Assembly: GCA_963801815.1 (NCBI GenBank)
Contig: CAWDGJ010000002.1
Span: forward strand, 512,001 to 576,000
Direction of reading: 5' to 3'
Source: an uncultured Verrucomicrobiae bacterium
Lineage (GTDB): Bacteria > Verrucomicrobiota > Verrucomicrobiia > Chthoniobacterales > UBA10450
Length of the DNA stretch: 64,000 bases
A program made the translations under genes and the position numbers. The notes beneath the pieces were generated by a model. That model did no database searches. It had not been told where the DNA came from and worked only from the letters and a program-made list of their open reading frames with translations. Below are positions 11,121 to 22,451 of the stretch, in pieces. The first letter of the stretch is position 1. Each line of letters opens with the position of its first letter.

Positions 11121-11885
11121 CTAACGCGCGTTTGCCACGCGATTGCGCAGGGCCGGCCAGTCGGCGATCTGCGCTTCCAAGCCATCTCCTGCTCGAATCG
11201 GGCCTACGCTGGATGGAGTTCCCGTCAGAATTACGTCCCCGGGGAGCAAAGTGAGCGACTGGCTCGCGAACGAAACAATTTCCGCAGGCGGATAAATCAT
11301 CTGGCCCGTCCGCGCCCGCTGCCGCACTTCGCCATTCTGCCGCAGTTCGATTTGCACATCGCCAACATCGATGCCGGCATAAACGAATGGGCCGATAGGC
11401 GTGTAGGTATCGAACGACTTACAGCGTCCGAATTGTTTCTCCGATTTCTGCAAATCGCGGTCGCTGATATCGAGACCCACGGTGTAACCAAAAATAAAAT
11501 TAGGTGCTTGTTCGACCGAAACATCCTTGGCGGCTCGTCCGATCACAATGCCAAGTTCTGTCTCGAAATCAGTTTGATGCTCCGGAAAGGCGATCTCAAC
11601 CGTGCCGTTATGCGGCAGCAACGAAGTCGGAGCCTTGAACCAGATCAACGGCGTGCCCAGCGGCGTCCGTTTCATCTCAGCGATGTGATCCGCGTAGTTC
11701 AATCCGACAGCAATCAGCTTCGAGGGCGCCACCGGAAGATCGATAACAACGTCCGGCAACTGTCGAACTTCGCCGGTGGGTTTGATACCGACCCAATATG
11801 GCTCTGCAAGAACATGTATATCCTCGCCTCGGACTTCACCGTAGAAGAATCTATCGCCTGCTTTGAATCCGCCAAAGGTGCGCAT
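11121..11885 (-). CDS. Fumarylacetoacetate hydrolase family protein
   Basis: PSKLIAVGLNYADH, FKAPTS, DFETEL, DISDRDLQ, KSFDTYTPIGP, LLPGDVILTGTP. Confidence 0.93.
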   Translation of the reverse strand: MRTFGGFKAGDRFFYGEVRGEDIHVLAEPYWVGIKPTGEVRQLPDVVIDLPVAPSKLIAVGLNYADHIAEMKRTPLGTPLIWFKAPTSLLPHNGTVEIAFPEHQTDFETELGIVIGRAAKDVSVEQAPNFIFGYTVGLDISDRDLQKSEKQFGRCKSFDTYTPIGPFVYAGIDVGDVQIELRQNGEVRQRARTGQMIYPPAEIVSFASQSLTLLPGDVILTGTPSSVGPIRAGDGLEAQIADWPALRNRVANAR

Positions 11886-11902
11886 TTTCCAAAACCAAAC
11901 GC

Positions 11903-12670
11903 TTATCTTGGCGCAATTGCTACAAAATCACGCACTGTTTTTCGTTCGGAAATTGAAAATGCGCTTCCGTTCGCACGTTTAAACCAGAACGCGCTCGACG
12001 AGCCGCCGTCGAGGTTCAACACGCGCTGGATTTTGAAGTCGGGAATCGCAACGATGGCGAGAATATTCGATAAATCCGAAAGGGTGACATCCGAGCAGAA
12101 CCCCAACGCGGCCTTGTCACTGGTCCCGGCAGCTGCAAACGTGCGGCGGGCCGCTTTCGTCGCCTCCAGGCCGTGCACCGATTTGCCGAGATCGACGATC
12201 ATCGGCCCACACTCGACCGCGGTATCCGGCTTCTGGGTAAGCGAAAATTCGGACATGCGCGAGATTTGAATTTTTCTCCTGGTCGAGCTGAGCACACCCG
12301 AAAGCAAACGCGCCTTTTGCAGCGGCGCGACCAGTGTCCCATCGACGATGAGCAATCCGATCGGTCGATACTCAGGATCAAAATAGCCGCCGTTCACTCC
12401 GGCCAGGAAACTTCCGCGGGCCATCACCTCGTCCAGATCGAGTCGCGGCTCGACCGGCTGGTCCACCATTCTCAAGAGACACGTTTTCGTCGAAAAAACG
12501 GCCAGTTCCAGCGACGCACGATCTCCGCTGTTCGAGTCCTCTACCACGATGTAGCGGTGTTCGAGTCCTTTCACCGAAGACGGTTCCGACTGGGAAGAAA
12601 TTTGCGACCACTCCCCTTCAGCAGTGGAGAAGACAAGGAGAACAAGAATCCCGGCGCTACGCTTTCGCAC
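11903..12670 (-). CDS. Phosphodiester glycosidase (NAGPA-like) family protein, secreted
   Basis: Signal-like N-terminus; GVNGGYF, GLLIVDG, ARRT, LNLDGGSS. Confidence 0.82.
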   Translation of the reverse strand: MRKRSAGILVLLVFSTAEGEWSQISSQSEPSSVKGLEHRYIVVEDSNSGDRASLELAVFSTKTCLLRMVDQPVEPRLDLDEVMARGSFLAGVNGGYFDPEYRPIGLLIVDGTLVAPLQKARLLSGVLSSTRRKIQISRMSEFSLTQKPDTAVECGPMIVDLGKSVHGLEATKAARRTFAAAGTSDKAALGFCSDVTLSDLSNILAIVAIPDFKIQRVLNLDGGSSSAFWFKRANGSAFSISERKTVRDFVAIAPR

Positions 12671-14688
12671 CGTATTTGTCGAGTAAGGCTTGAAAACGTG
12701 GATCGTTACGAATCGGGTCCCAAATTGGATTCAATTTCAGCATGGCCACTGTCACCGAGCCTGGACGCTGCAGTAAACCGTCAAGAAGAGCAACCGCATC
12801 GGTGGCGTCGCCCAAAATGGCGTGAATTTCCGCCGCCGATTGAGTAATCTCTGGGCCATCAAAAGCGTCTTTGCTTTCGGGCAACAATTCTTGAGCGCGC
12901 TTGATTTCGGCAAGGGCCGCCTCTTTCTGGCCAAGCCAGGCCAGCGCTTCAGCCAGTCGTGAGTGGGCCGCGGCATCGTCCGGAGTCTGCCTAGTGTTAT
13001 CTTCGGCATAACGCTTCGCCCTTTCGAAATACCTCGCGCGCTCCGGCTGTGTCACCGATCGCCTTTTTTGCGACACCAATGGTTACATATTTGCCACACA
13101 ATGCGCCAGGATACGCCGTGATCATCGAATCTGAAAGCTTGTCTGCGAGATCCGCGGCTTTTCTAAACTGACGCAATAAAATAAGCATCTGCGCGCGACC
13201 GGCCACCAGTTGTGTCTGGATCTCCGGACTCAGTTTACTTGGATCGATTTCGTCCAGGAATTTTTGCGCGAGAGAGAAATCGCCTTTCTCGTCAATGGCA
13301 ACCTTACACTTGACCTCCATGAGACCGAACGCATTCGGGGTAATCGCCAGCCCGCGGTCCAAGATCTTGTTCGCCGCATCCCAGTTTCGCTGCATTTGAT
13401 AATTAATGGCGAGGTTTTGCATCGGCCACGTGTCCTTTGGACCAAGGGCAACCGCCTTTTCCAAGCTGGCGTTCGACTCATTCCATTTGCCCTGACGCCG
13501 TTGAATGGCGCCGAGCGCGAGATAAACCTCGGACTCGTTAGGCAATCCACGCTGCGCCATCTCGAATTCACTCGCTGCGGCTTCGAAGTTGTTGTCGATA
13601 TAATAATAAACAAATCCGAGGGCGAGATGCGCTTCGGGCAGCTGCGGCTGCAATTGGACTGCCCGCACCGCCAACGAACGCGCCTTTTCCCGTCGCTCCG
13701 GTGACCGCCCGAACGAGTGGACGATCCAGCTTTCAAGTTGGGAATAGCGTGCGAAGGCCAGCGCGAAGTTGGGATCCAACGTGATAGCGCGCTCGTACGC
13801 CTCCTCGCCCTCCTTTAATTTCGCCAAATCCTCGTAAGAGCTGCTGTGCAGATCGTGCGCCCGAACGTAGGCAAGGTAAGCTTCACCGTTCTGCGTTGGC
13901 TTACTCTCCATCTGCGCTCTTTCCGTTGGCGAAAGCTTGGCTTGCAATTCGTTCGCGATTTTTTGGGCGAGGTCGGTCTGGATCGCGAAAACGTCGTTCA
14001 GGTCACGATCGTAATCGCTGGCCCAAATGTGTTCGTCGTTATTGGCGTCGATCAATTGGACATTGACGCGGACGCGATTGCCGGAGCGACGCACACTGCC
14101 TTCAAGAATCGTGGAAACGCCGAGGGCTTTGCCGATCTCCCGTACGCTCTGCTTCGCGCCTCGATACGGCATCACCGAAGTCCGCGAGATCACCTTCAGG
14201 TCGCCAATCTTCGAAAGATTCGTGAGAATGTCATCCTGAACTCCGTCCGCGAAGTAAGCGTTCTCTTTTTCGTCGCTCAGGTTCTCAAACGGTAATACCG
14301 CGATCGATTTGTCGACCTTATGAGCGGCCGCGCGCGGCAGGAGAAAGAAACCGGCGGCGGCGGACATGACAACGCCGGCGGCGGCAAGCATGAACAGATT
14401 GCGACGCCGGTGCGTGGTCGGTGAGGCTTGGGTCGCTGCGGTTTGGGTCGCTGCGCTTGGGGTGCGGCGAATGCCGCTCGGCGTGATGTCAAATACCCAC
14501 GCCAGAACCAGCGCGAGTGGAAATCCGATCAGCAACAAGGCGATCACGACCCGAATGACTGAGTTAGAAATGTCGAAAACAGGCAGGACCTGGGCGAGTC
14601 CCTGCGCGAGCGCCCAACTCGCCACGATATAGGCGATCGCGACGCGGTACACTTTCCGCCGTTTCAGCTCTTCGAAAAAGCCGGTCAT
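12657..14688 (-). CDS. Membrane-anchored TolB-like/TPR protein, split by a +1 frameshift near 13027
   Basis: FFEELKRRKVYRVAIAY TM segment; SIAVLPFENLS...YFADG..DDILTNLSKI..LKVISRTS; TPRs; C-terminus LKLNPIWDPIRNDPRFQALL lies in ORF 12657..13079. The span is 3n+1. Confidence 0.8.
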
Positions 14689-14753
14689 AACAACAGACTC
14701 AGGTACATTAACGTTCAACGGCAACCGTTAGACAGGCAAATGGAAGGTGCCGT

Positions 14754-15689
14754 TCACTTAACCCCAGTCGCGAACACGGTCTGGAAATGCGGGTTTTGTG
14801 TCTCACGCGAGACGACCGAAACATCAACGTCGCGAAATCCGCTTTGCTCAAGAAGCTCGTGCAATTTCACTTCGCTGAATCCCAGCCAGCGGTCGGCATA
14901 CAGATCCCGCGCCTTGTCGAAATTGTGGCTGAGCAGATCGAGCACAACAATCCGTCCGTTCTTTTTGAGAATGCGATACGCCGATTTGATCGCGCGCTCC
15001 GGCTTGATCGCATGGTGCAACGCCTGACTCAAAATGGCGAGATCAACACTCTCTTTGGCAATCGGCGGATCTTCGAGATCGCCCAACCGGTATTCGAGAT
15101 TCTTGAAACCGTGCTCCTTCGCCAGCTTCGAACCGAACTCCACCATCTTCGGCGAATTATCGACGGCGATCACCTTGCGCGCGTTCTTCGCCAGCAATTG
15201 CGAAAGCGTCCCCTCGCCTGCGCCGAGATCGACGATGGTCAATCGGGGAACGAGCGAGATCAGCGCATGCGAAAGCGCCTTCCAGGAACGGCCTGGCACA
15301 TAACTGCGCCCAAATTTTCCGGCGAGCTCATCGAAATATTCACGCGCCTTGTCCTGGCGCTTACGCAACGTCAGTTTCAAAGCGGTCCGATCGCGGACGG
15401 TTTCGGGAACCTCGCGGACCAGAAGTTGCAGAATTTGCTCCACCCGATCGCGCGCTCCATTTCTCCCCGGGTTTTTCTTCGCACCGTAATAAACATTCTT
15501 GCCGGCGCGGCGATCTTCCACGACGCCAGCCCGTTTCAGCTGCGCGAGATGACTGGAAATGCGGGACTGGCCCATGCCGAGGATTTGTTGCAGCTCAGCA
15601 ACGGAAAGCTGTTCCTGATCGAGAAGGAGCAGCAGGCGCAACCGGGTTGGATCGGCTAGGAGCCGGAGCAAATTAATCGTTGACGGCAT
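14754..15689 (-). CDS. sahR: ArsR HTH + SAM-dependent methyltransferase-domain regulator (SahR-like)
   Basis: LADPTRLRLL...SQSRISSHLAQLKRAG HTH fused to a DLGAGEG methyltransferase fold; divergent from metK-ahcY, the context known for SahR. Confidence 0.8.
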   Translation of the reverse strand: MPSTINLLRLLADPTRLRLLLLLDQEQLSVAELQQILGMGQSRISSHLAQLKRAGVVEDRRAGKNVYYGAKKNPGRNGARDRVEQILQLLVREVPETVRDRTALKLTLRKRQDKAREYFDELAGKFGRSYVPGRSWKALSHALISLVPRLTIVDLGAGEGTLSQLLAKNARKVIAVDNSPKMVEFGSKLAKEHGFKNLEYRLGDLEDPPIAKESVDLAILSQALHHAIKPERAIKSAYRILKKNGRIVVLDLLSHNFDKARDLYADRWLGFSEVKLHELLEQSGFRDVDVSVVSRETQNPHFQTVFATGVK

Positions 15690-15711
15690 TCTTGAGTCAA
15701 ACGATACATCT

Positions 15712-15735
15712 ACATATCATGATTGGTCAATATGT
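15712..15735. promoter_or_regulatory. Candidate SahR operator (imperfect palindrome)
   Basis: ACATAT-catgattggtca-ATATGT in the sahR/metK divergent intergenic region. Confidence 0.5.
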
Positions 15736-15865
15736 CCATCGCGACAGCGACGACGCCGCGATTCGTTACCTCATTAAAACGTTACATCGCCATCGCCTTG
15801 TTGGCGCCACGATCGTCGTCTTACGTTGTAACCCTTAAACCACTTAACGAATTATCTCTTCAGAC

Positions 15866-17068
15866 ATGTCGCGCCGTTACATTTTTTCCTCCGAATCCGT
15901 TGGCGAAGGTCACCCCGACAAAGTTTGCGACACCATCTCTGACGCAGTGCTCGACGCCTGCCTCAGGCAGGACCGGAACAGTCGCGTCGCGTGCGAAACT
16001 TACGCAAAGTCGAACATCGTCATCGTCGGCGGCGAGATCACGATACCAAACCTGCACCCGGACAAACCGCTCGAGAGTGTGATCCCGATTTCGAAAATCG
16101 TGCGCGATACCGTGCGCGAAATCGGTTACGTGAACGACGACGATGTTTTTCACGCTGACAAGATCGCGATCCAAAACATTCTCACAAAACAATCGCCCGA
16201 TATCGCGCAAGGCGTGGACGCGCGCGCCGCGGAAGGAAAAGAAACGGCCGAACAAGGCGCCGGCGATCAGGGACTGATGTTCGGCTTCGCCTGCGACGAA
16301 ACGCCCGAGCTGATGCCGGCACCGATCATGTTCGCACATCGCCTTGGTCGCGAGCTCACGCGTATCCGCAAGAGCGGCAAAGTCGGCTGGCTCCGGCCGG
16401 ATGCGAAGTCGCAGGTCTCCGTCATTTACGAAGACGGCAAACCGATCGGCATCTCGTACGTAGTGATTTCAACTCAGCACACCCGCGACGTAAAACATTC
16501 CGAGATCCGCAGTTTCGTCATCGAGGAAATTATCAAGAAAGTCTTGCCGAAGGAGATGTTGAACGACGACACGCAATTTCTCATGAACCCGACCGGCAAC
16601 TTCGTGGTCGGCGGACCACAAGGCGACACTGGCCTGACTGGCCGCAAAATCATTGTCGATAGCTACGGCGGCATGGGCCGCCACGGCGGCGGCGCTTTTT
16701 CAGGGAAGGATCCGAGCAAAGTTGATCGCAGCGCGGCTTACATGGGACGCTGGGTCGCGAAGAACGTGGTGGCAGCCGGACTCGCTTCGAAATGCGAAGT
16801 GCAATTCGCCTACGCGATCGGTCATCCCAAGCCGCTCAGCGTTCACATCGACACGTTCGGCACCCATACCGTCGATGAAGAAGCGATCGAGCGCGCAGTT
16901 CTTGGCACATTCAGCTTCAAACCGGCCGACATCATCAGACAGCTCGACTTGCTTCGCCCGATTTATTCGAAGACCACGAACTACGGCCACTTCGGCAAAA
17001 TCGACGACCCCGATATCACCTGGGAGAAAGCGGACAAAGCAGACGCGCTGAAGAAAGCCGCGACATAA
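15866..17068 (+). CDS. metK: S-adenosylmethionine synthetase
   Basis: [56 protein letters not shown]. Confidence 0.98.
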   Translation: MSRRYIFSSESVGEGHPDKVCDTISDAVLDACLRQDRNSRVACETYAKSNIVIVGGEITIPNLHPDKPLESVIPISKIVRDTVREIGYVNDDDVFHADKIAIQNILTKQSPDIAQGVDARAAEGKETAEQGAGDQGLMFGFACDETPELMPAPIMFAHRLGRELTRIRKSGKVGWLRPDAKSQVSVIYEDGKPIGISYVVISTQHTRDVKHSEIRSFVIEEIIKKVLPKEMLNDDTQFLMNPTGNFVVGGPQGDTGLTGRKIIVDSYGGMGRHGGGAFSGKDPSKVDRSAAYMGRWVAKNVVAAGLASKCEVQFAYAIGHPKPLSVHIDTFGTHTVDEEAIERAVLGTFSFKPADIIRQLDLLRPIYSKTTNYGHFGKIDDPDITWEKADKADALKKAAT

Positions 17069-17072
17069 TTTT

Positions 17073-18507
17073 ATGAGCACAACAACGACCGAACCGAAAA
17101 CAAAGCAGAATTACAAAGTCGCCGATATTTCGCTGGCCGACTTTGGTCGCAAGGAGATTTCGATCGCGGAACAAGAAATGCCCGGACTGATGGCAATCCG
17201 CGAAAAGTACGCGCCGCAAAAGCCACTCGCCGGTGTTCGCATCACCGGTTCGTTGCACATGACGATCCAGACCGCGGTGTTGATCGAAACGCTTGTCGAC
17301 CTTGGCGCGACCGTGCGCTGGGCGTCCTGCAATATTTTCTCTACGCAAGACCACGCTGCGGCAGCAATCGCTAAGGCCGGCATCCCGGTGTTCGCTTGGA
17401 AAGGTGAATCGCTCGAGGATTATTGGTGGTGCACTTATCGCGCGCTTTCGCACCCTGACGGCAAGGGCCCGCAGTTGATCGTCGATGATGGCGGCGACGC
17501 GACGCTGCTCATTCACAAAGGTTACGAGCTCGAAGAAGGCAGCGATTGGGCAAAATCAACATCGGCGAACAAGGAAGAGCAGGTCATCAAGGATTTGTTG
17601 CTGGAAGTGCAGCGCGAGAATCCATATCGCTGGCACGAGATCGCGAAGGAGTGGCGTGGTGTTTCTGAGGAAACGACCACCGGCGTGCATCGCCTTTACA
17701 AAATGGCGCAGGAAAACCGTCTGCTTGTTCCCGCGATCAACGTCAACGATTCCGTCACCAAATCGAAGTTCGACAATCTCTACGGCTGCCGGCATTCGCT
17801 GGTCGACGGACTGAATCGCGCGCTCGATGTGATGATCGCCGGCAAAGTCGCGGTTATCTGCGGTTACGGCGACGTCGGCAAAGGCTGCGCGCAATCGCTG
17901 CGTGGTCAAGGGCGCGCGCGTCGTCATCACCGAAATCGATCCGATCAACGCCCTGCAAGCAGCGATGGAAGGTTACGAAGTTACGACCATCGAAAACACG
18001 CTCGGCCGCGGCGACATTTATATCAGCGCGACCGGCAACACCGACGTGATCACGTTCGAGCACATGCAGAAAATGAAAGACCAGGCCGTCGTCGGTAACA
18101 TCGGTCACTTCGACAACGAGATTCAGGTCGACGCGTTGAACAACGCCAGCGGCGTGAAGAGAACGAACATCAAACCGCAGGTCGACAAATACACGTTTCC
18201 CGACGGACACGAGATTTTCCTGCTGTCGGAGGGCCGATTGTTAAATCTTGGCAATGCGACGGGTCATCCGAGCTTCGTGATGTCGAATTCATTTTCGAAC
18301 CAGGTGCTCGCCCAGCTCGATCTCTGGAAGAACCGCGACACTTACAAGCCCGGCGTTTACGTTTTGTCCAAGAAGCTCGACGAAGAAGTCGCGCGCCTGC
18401 ATTTGAATAAGATCGGCGTGAAACTCACCAAGCTCACCGAGAAGCAAGCCGATTATCTCGGTGTGCCGCTCGACGGCCCGTTCAAGTCAGAACATTACCG
18501 CTACTAG
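17073..18507 (+). CDS. ahcY: Adenosylhomocysteinase, split by a +1 frameshift at 17910-17912
   Basis: [50 protein letters not shown] in ORF 17073; [24 protein letters not shown] in ORF 17902. Deleting one G from CAAGGGCGCG restores GQGARV. Confidence 0.95.
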
Positions 18508-18517
18508 ATCGAGCTCA

Positions 18518-19240
18518 TCACGCGGTGGCAGCGGTCAGTTTTCGTTTCCTGACTCTAAGGTTGAGCATCTCGACGAAGACCGAGAAGCTCATCGCAAAAT
18601 AGGTGTAACCCTTGGGAATGTGAAACCCGAGGCCATCACCGATAAGGTTCACGCCGATGAGCAAAAGAAAACTGAGCGCGAGCATCTTCAACGTTGGATG
18701 GCGGTCAACAAATCGGCTGATAATTCCGGCAAAGAACATCATCACCCCGACCGCGAGCATTACCGCGGCGATCATCACGGCGATTTGATCAACCATACCG
18801 ACGGCGGTAATCACCGAGTCGAGCGAGAAGACAATGTCGAGCGCCAGGATTTGCACCAGGACTCCGGCAAATGATGCCCGAGCACGCGCGACCCCATGTT
18901 CGTCATCTTCCTCGAGGCGCAAATGAATCTCCCGCGTGCTTTTCGCGATCAAGAACAAGCCGCCGGCAATCAGAATTAGCTCCCGGCCGGTAATATCGAC
19001 CCTGGAGATTGAGAACAACGGTTCAGTCAATCCCATGACCCAGGTGAGCGACAGCAGCAGCAGAATTCGGGAGATTGCCGCGAGCGCAAGGCCCGTTCGG
19101 CGCGCGCGGTCCTGCTGCGCCCCCGGCAATTTGCCGGCAACGATCGAAATAAAAATAACGTTGTCGATTCCGAGAACGATCTCGAGCACAGTGAGCGTGA
19201 GTAGACCTATCCATGCCTGCGGACTAGTCAGCCATTCCAT
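18518..19240 (-). CDS. TerC family integral membrane protein
   Basis: LEIVLGIDNVIFISI, DIVFSLDSVITAVG, HPTLKMLALSFLLLIG, IPKGY; GGAGGT SD before ATG 19240. Confidence 0.93.
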   Translation of the reverse strand: MEWLTSPQAWIGLLTLTVLEIVLGIDNVIFISIVAGKLPGAQQDRARRTGLALAAISRILLLLSLTWVMGLTEPLFSISRVDITGRELILIAGGLFLIAKSTREIHLRLEEDDEHGVARARASFAGVLVQILALDIVFSLDSVITAVGMVDQIAVMIAAVMLAVGVMMFFAGIISRFVDRHPTLKMLALSFLLLIGVNLIGDGLGFHIPKGYTYFAMSFSVFVEMLNLRVRKRKLTAATA

Positions 19241-19291
19241 ATTTACCTCCAATCAATCGTCGACAGCCCTGTAGTCGGACAGGAGTCGCGA

Positions 19292-19687
19292 TTACCAGAA
19301 CGATTTCTGAATTGCTTCGACTTGTGTCGCTTCGATGTAAGTGCAATCCGGCGTTTTGCCGCGTCGCCATCTGCCGACGACTCGGACATTGCGGTGGGAA
19401 CGAACGGCATCCTTCAGAATTTCTGATTGATGCCACGGCGCGGCCAGCGAGATCGATTTTGATCCGTTGTGAAAGACGAACACGACTTGCGATGCGCACG
19501 ATTCGCCCGGATACAAGGTGACTGTTCCGACCTCATCGAATTCGCCGCCGGCTCGGACCGCGCTCGGTCGAAACGCCACAGGCTTGACCCTTTCCGGTTC
19601 CCCGCAACTCGCGAACGCGAGCACGATCAAGAAGAATAACCCGCAGCGTGAGACGAATTTCAATCTGTTAACTGAGGGCGGGTCCAT
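19292..19687 (-). CDS. Hypothetical lipoprotein
   Basis: Hydrophobic segment ending FASC lipobox; small beta domain; start uncertain. Confidence 0.55.
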   Translation of the reverse strand: MDPPSVNRLKFVSRCGLFFLIVLAFASCGEPERVKPVAFRPSAVRAGGEFDEVGTVTLYPGESCASQVVFVFHNGSKSISLAAPWHQSEILKDAVRSHRNVRVVGRWRRGKTPDCTYIEATQVEAIQKSFW

Positions 19688-19709
19688 CGGCACTTGTGAT
19701 GAAAATCGG

Positions 19710-20369
19710 TCAGCTGATGCTCGCCGTGACCGCATCGCTTGATTGTCCAACCTCTTGGCCGTTCAAAACTGCGCGAGCAGTGTACTTGAGTTCGCCCTTG
19801 CCGGGTGACGTATCGATGGCTGGGGTGCGGAAAAAGAAACCAACTTTCTTCGGAGATTTATCGCCTTTGCCCTGACGATAAAGATTAATCCCAGAAACGC
19901 CGCCGCCCGCTTTGCGAAATGGAATCGTCACGAAGTTTCCTGTCTGCCGCGCGCGGCCGAGCTCGGCTTTGTATTTGGACGCGTCAAATTTCTCGGTGTC
20001 GATCCGAAGTCTCCGCGCAATGCCGGCGTTGAATCTCGGGTGTGCTTTGATTCGCTCGACCCTCGCTTGCCGGCGGGTGTCGATGCCCGGCCGCACCGGA
20101 TTTGGCGCAGTTTCGTCGCTAGGTAGCTTGACATACTCGCTCGAAGACTGGCCGCTCAACACTGCGTTGCCGGCGTGTCCGGGATCGGCGTCGATATCCT
20201 GCCCGAATGCCGTCAAAATGTGAACGGCGTATTTGGAATCGTTCACGGCATTCCCAATCTCAGCGTCGCTGAAGTCCAGATCTTTTCCGGTATTTGGAAA
20301 TTCTTCGGCAAAATTATCGTACCAATCAATCCGACCGGCGCGCTCCGCTGGAAAATAGGATTTGCTCAT
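19710..20369 (-). CDS. Hypothetical protein (helical N-terminus, FN3-like beta C-terminus)
   Basis: Protein-like ORF from MSKSYFP; C-terminal INLYRQ...YTARAVLNGQEVGQSSD resembles an Ig/FN3-type strand pattern (inference). Confidence 0.6.
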   Translation of the reverse strand: MSKSYFPAERAGRIDWYDNFAEEFPNTGKDLDFSDAEIGNAVNDSKYAVHILTAFGQDIDADPGHAGNAVLSGQSSSEYVKLPSDETAPNPVRPGIDTRRQARVERIKAHPRFNAGIARRLRIDTEKFDASKYKAELGRARQTGNFVTIPFRKAGGGVSGINLYRQGKGDKSPKKVGFFFRTPAIDTSPGKGELKYTARAVLNGQEVGQSSDAVTASIS

Positions 20370-20415
20370 CAGGGTAACGTTCCTGCGGATCGTTGTACCG
20401 GATCGAGTCGTATCG

Positions 20416-21030
20416 TCAATTCCGTTCGCGGTGCATGGCGATGAATCGACCGAGAGCGCGACTTTCATCATCCGGCGCTGCCTGCAGATTACGCAACATT
20501 TTCTCCTGGTCTTCGCGAGAACGGTTCTGGCCAAGCTTGAACTTCGCCTCGACGCGAACGGCCTCGATCCTGAAGCCGACGATCGCCTTCAGCATCGCCG
20601 CGGTTTCCTGTTCCGATAAAGGAATCTTCCAAGGGGCCGGCATTGTTGATTCAAACTTCTCCGTCGTATCGACCACGATTTGCTTCAATTCGGCTTCGTC
20701 GACCAGCGACGGTTTTCCGTAAACGTGGACGACCGCATAATTCCAGGTCGGCACGGTATGCTGCTGTTCGTACCACGACGGCGAGATATAAGCGTGCGGT
20801 CCATGAAAAATGCAAAGCACTTCGCCACCGTCAGCAAATTGCTTCCATTGTCTGTTTGCGCGCGCCATGTGACTGCGCAGAGTGTTCGCCTGCTCATCGA
20901 ACAACACAGGTAAGTGACTCGCGACAGTTTCTCCGCCGGCGTTTGAGATTAGCGTCGCAAAGCCGTGTGCCTGAATAAACGCGTTGATCGTTTCACGATC
21001 TTCGATGCGGTTCGGAGTCGGGATGTACAT
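20416..21030 (-). CDS. FMN-binding split-barrel protein (PaiB-like)
   Basis: MYIP, ASHLP, HMARANRQW, FHGPHAYISPSWY, VPTWNY, KFKLGQNR. Confidence 0.92.
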   Translation of the reverse strand: MYIPTPNRIEDRETINAFIQAHGFATLISNAGGETVASHLPVLFDEQANTLRSHMARANRQWKQFADGGEVLCIFHGPHAYISPSWYEQQHTVPTWNYAVVHVYGKPSLVDEAELKQIVVDTTEKFESTMPAPWKIPLSEQETAAMLKAIVGFRIEAVRVEAKFKLGQNRSREDQEKMLRNLQAAPDDESRALGRFIAMHRERN

Positions 21031-21039
21031 TTTTTCAAA

Positions 21040-21119
21040 GTGACAAGTGACCAATGACCAATGACAAGTAAAGAATTACTAGTCTGAAAACTTGTCACGT
21101 GTCACTCATCACTTGTCGC
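21040..21119. repeat. Heptamer tandem arrays forming an inverted repeat
   Basis: GTGACAA GTGACCA ATGACCA ATGACAA ... CTTGTCA CGTGTCA CTCATCA CTTGTCG between divergent genes. Confidence 0.75.
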
Positions 21120-21124
21120 CACTC

Positions 21125-22420
21125 ATGAGAAACCGCCAGGCCGCCCTCATTTTCATTCTGGTCACGGTGACGCTCGACATCCTGGCGATGGGTTTAATCA
21201 TCCCGGTCCTGCCGAAGTTGATTCTCGATTTTCTCGGCGGCCGGATGACCGATGCCGCGACCTGGAGCGCGCGTTTCGCCGTTGTGTTCGCCTTGATGCA
21301 GTTTGTCTTTTCACCGGTGCTCGGCGTTTTGTCCGACCGTTTCGGAAGGCGGCCGATCATCTTGTTGTCGAATCTTGGCCTCGGGCTGGACTATGTCGTA
21401 ATGGCAGTATCGCCAACGATCGGCTGGCTTTTTCTTGGGCGCATCATTTCCGGAATCACCACCTCGAGCATTCCAACGGCAATGGCCTACATCGCAGACG
21501 TGACACCAAAAGAGAAGCGCGCCGGTGCGTATGGAATGATCGGCGTCGCGTTTGGCGTGGGATTCACATTTGGACCGGCGATTGGTGGTTTGGTCGGCGA
21601 CGTCAATCCGCGTCTCGCGTTTTGGGTCGCGGCTGGTTTGAGTCTGGCCAACTGGCTTTGGGGATTTTTGTTCGTACCGGAGTCGCTCGCTCAGGAACAG
21701 CGGAAGGCATTCTCGTTGCGACGCGCCAATCCAGTCGGTTCACTGGTCTTGTTGCGTTCACATCACGAGCTGTGGCGATTGGCCACGATCCAGTTTCTCG
21801 CTTACACCGCGCACAACGTTTTCAGCGTTTGGGCGCTCTACGCGATTTATCGATACGCCTGGAACCAGAAGTGGATCGGGCTTTCGCTGATGGTGGTCGG
21901 AATTTGCACCGCCGCCATCTCGGGCGGCTTAACCGGTCGAGTCGTAAAACTTTGGGGCGAGAAGCGAACGCTTTACACAGGTCAATTCTTCGGCGCTGTC
22001 GGAATGTTCGTGGCTGGGTTGGCCCGCAATAGCGCAACTTATCTCGCGTCGATTCCGATCATTTCGCTTTGGAACATCGCGATGCCGGCCGCGCAATCGA
22101 TGATGACCCATCGCGTTAGCGAAAAAGAACAAGGCGAACTCCAAGGCGCGATCCAAAGCATGCGCTCGATCACTTTCATTATCGGGCCGTGGGTTTTTCT
22201 GAAAGTTTTTGGCTGGTTCATTAATCCCAAGCATTCCGTACACGTCCCGGGCGCGCCTTACTATCTGGCCGCCGCGCTTCTCTTCACGGCGATGTTGATG
22301 TCGACTCAAATCAAGCAAGCTCCCGCGGTTTCAGCTGGCGCGGTTAGTGAGACGCCGGAAACCCCTCCCGAAATTGCCGCGACTGGCGCCGCACCGATTG
22401 CATCGCAAGAAAACATTTGA
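21125..22420 (+). CDS. TCR/Tet family MFS transporter
   Basis: DILAMGLIIPVLP, GVLSDRFGRRP (motif A), GRIISGIT, AYIADVT, GPAIGG, EQGELQGA. Confidence 0.92.
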   Translation: MRNRQAALIFILVTVTLDILAMGLIIPVLPKLILDFLGGRMTDAATWSARFAVVFALMQFVFSPVLGVLSDRFGRRPIILLSNLGLGLDYVVMAVSPTIGWLFLGRIISGITTSSIPTAMAYIADVTPKEKRAGAYGMIGVAFGVGFTFGPAIGGLVGDVNPRLAFWVAAGLSLANWLWGFLFVPESLAQEQRKAFSLRRANPVGSLVLLRSHHELWRLATIQFLAYTAHNVFSVWALYAIYRYAWNQKWIGLSLMVVGICTAAISGGLTGRVVKLWGEKRTLYTGQFFGAVGMFVAGLARNSATYLASIPIISLWNIAMPAAQSMMTHRVSEKEQGELQGAIQSMRSITFIIGPWVFLKVFGWFINPKHSVHVPGAPYYLAAALLFTAMLMSTQIKQAPAVSAGAVSETPETPPEIAATGAAPIASQENI

Positions 22421-22451
22421 GGAATCACCGGGCGTCGGCGATTAAATCGGC

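Noticed and set aside
15690..15865. SAM or SAH riboswitch upstream of metK
   Set aside because: No recognisable conserved aptamer core by eye; an adjacent SahR-like regulator offers an explanation. An Rfam scan would be decisive.
17900..17925. Programmed frameshifting in ahcY
   Set aside because: No slippery heptamer or stimulatory structure seen; same +1 signature as three other unrelated genes.
19241..19291. yybP-ykoY Mn riboswitch before terC
   Set aside because: The intergenic gap is only about 50 bp and lacks the expected structure.
21125..22420. Acquired tetracycline resistance (tetA)
   Set aside because: Family-level similarity only; no tetR or mobile element nearby, and the substrate cannot be inferred.
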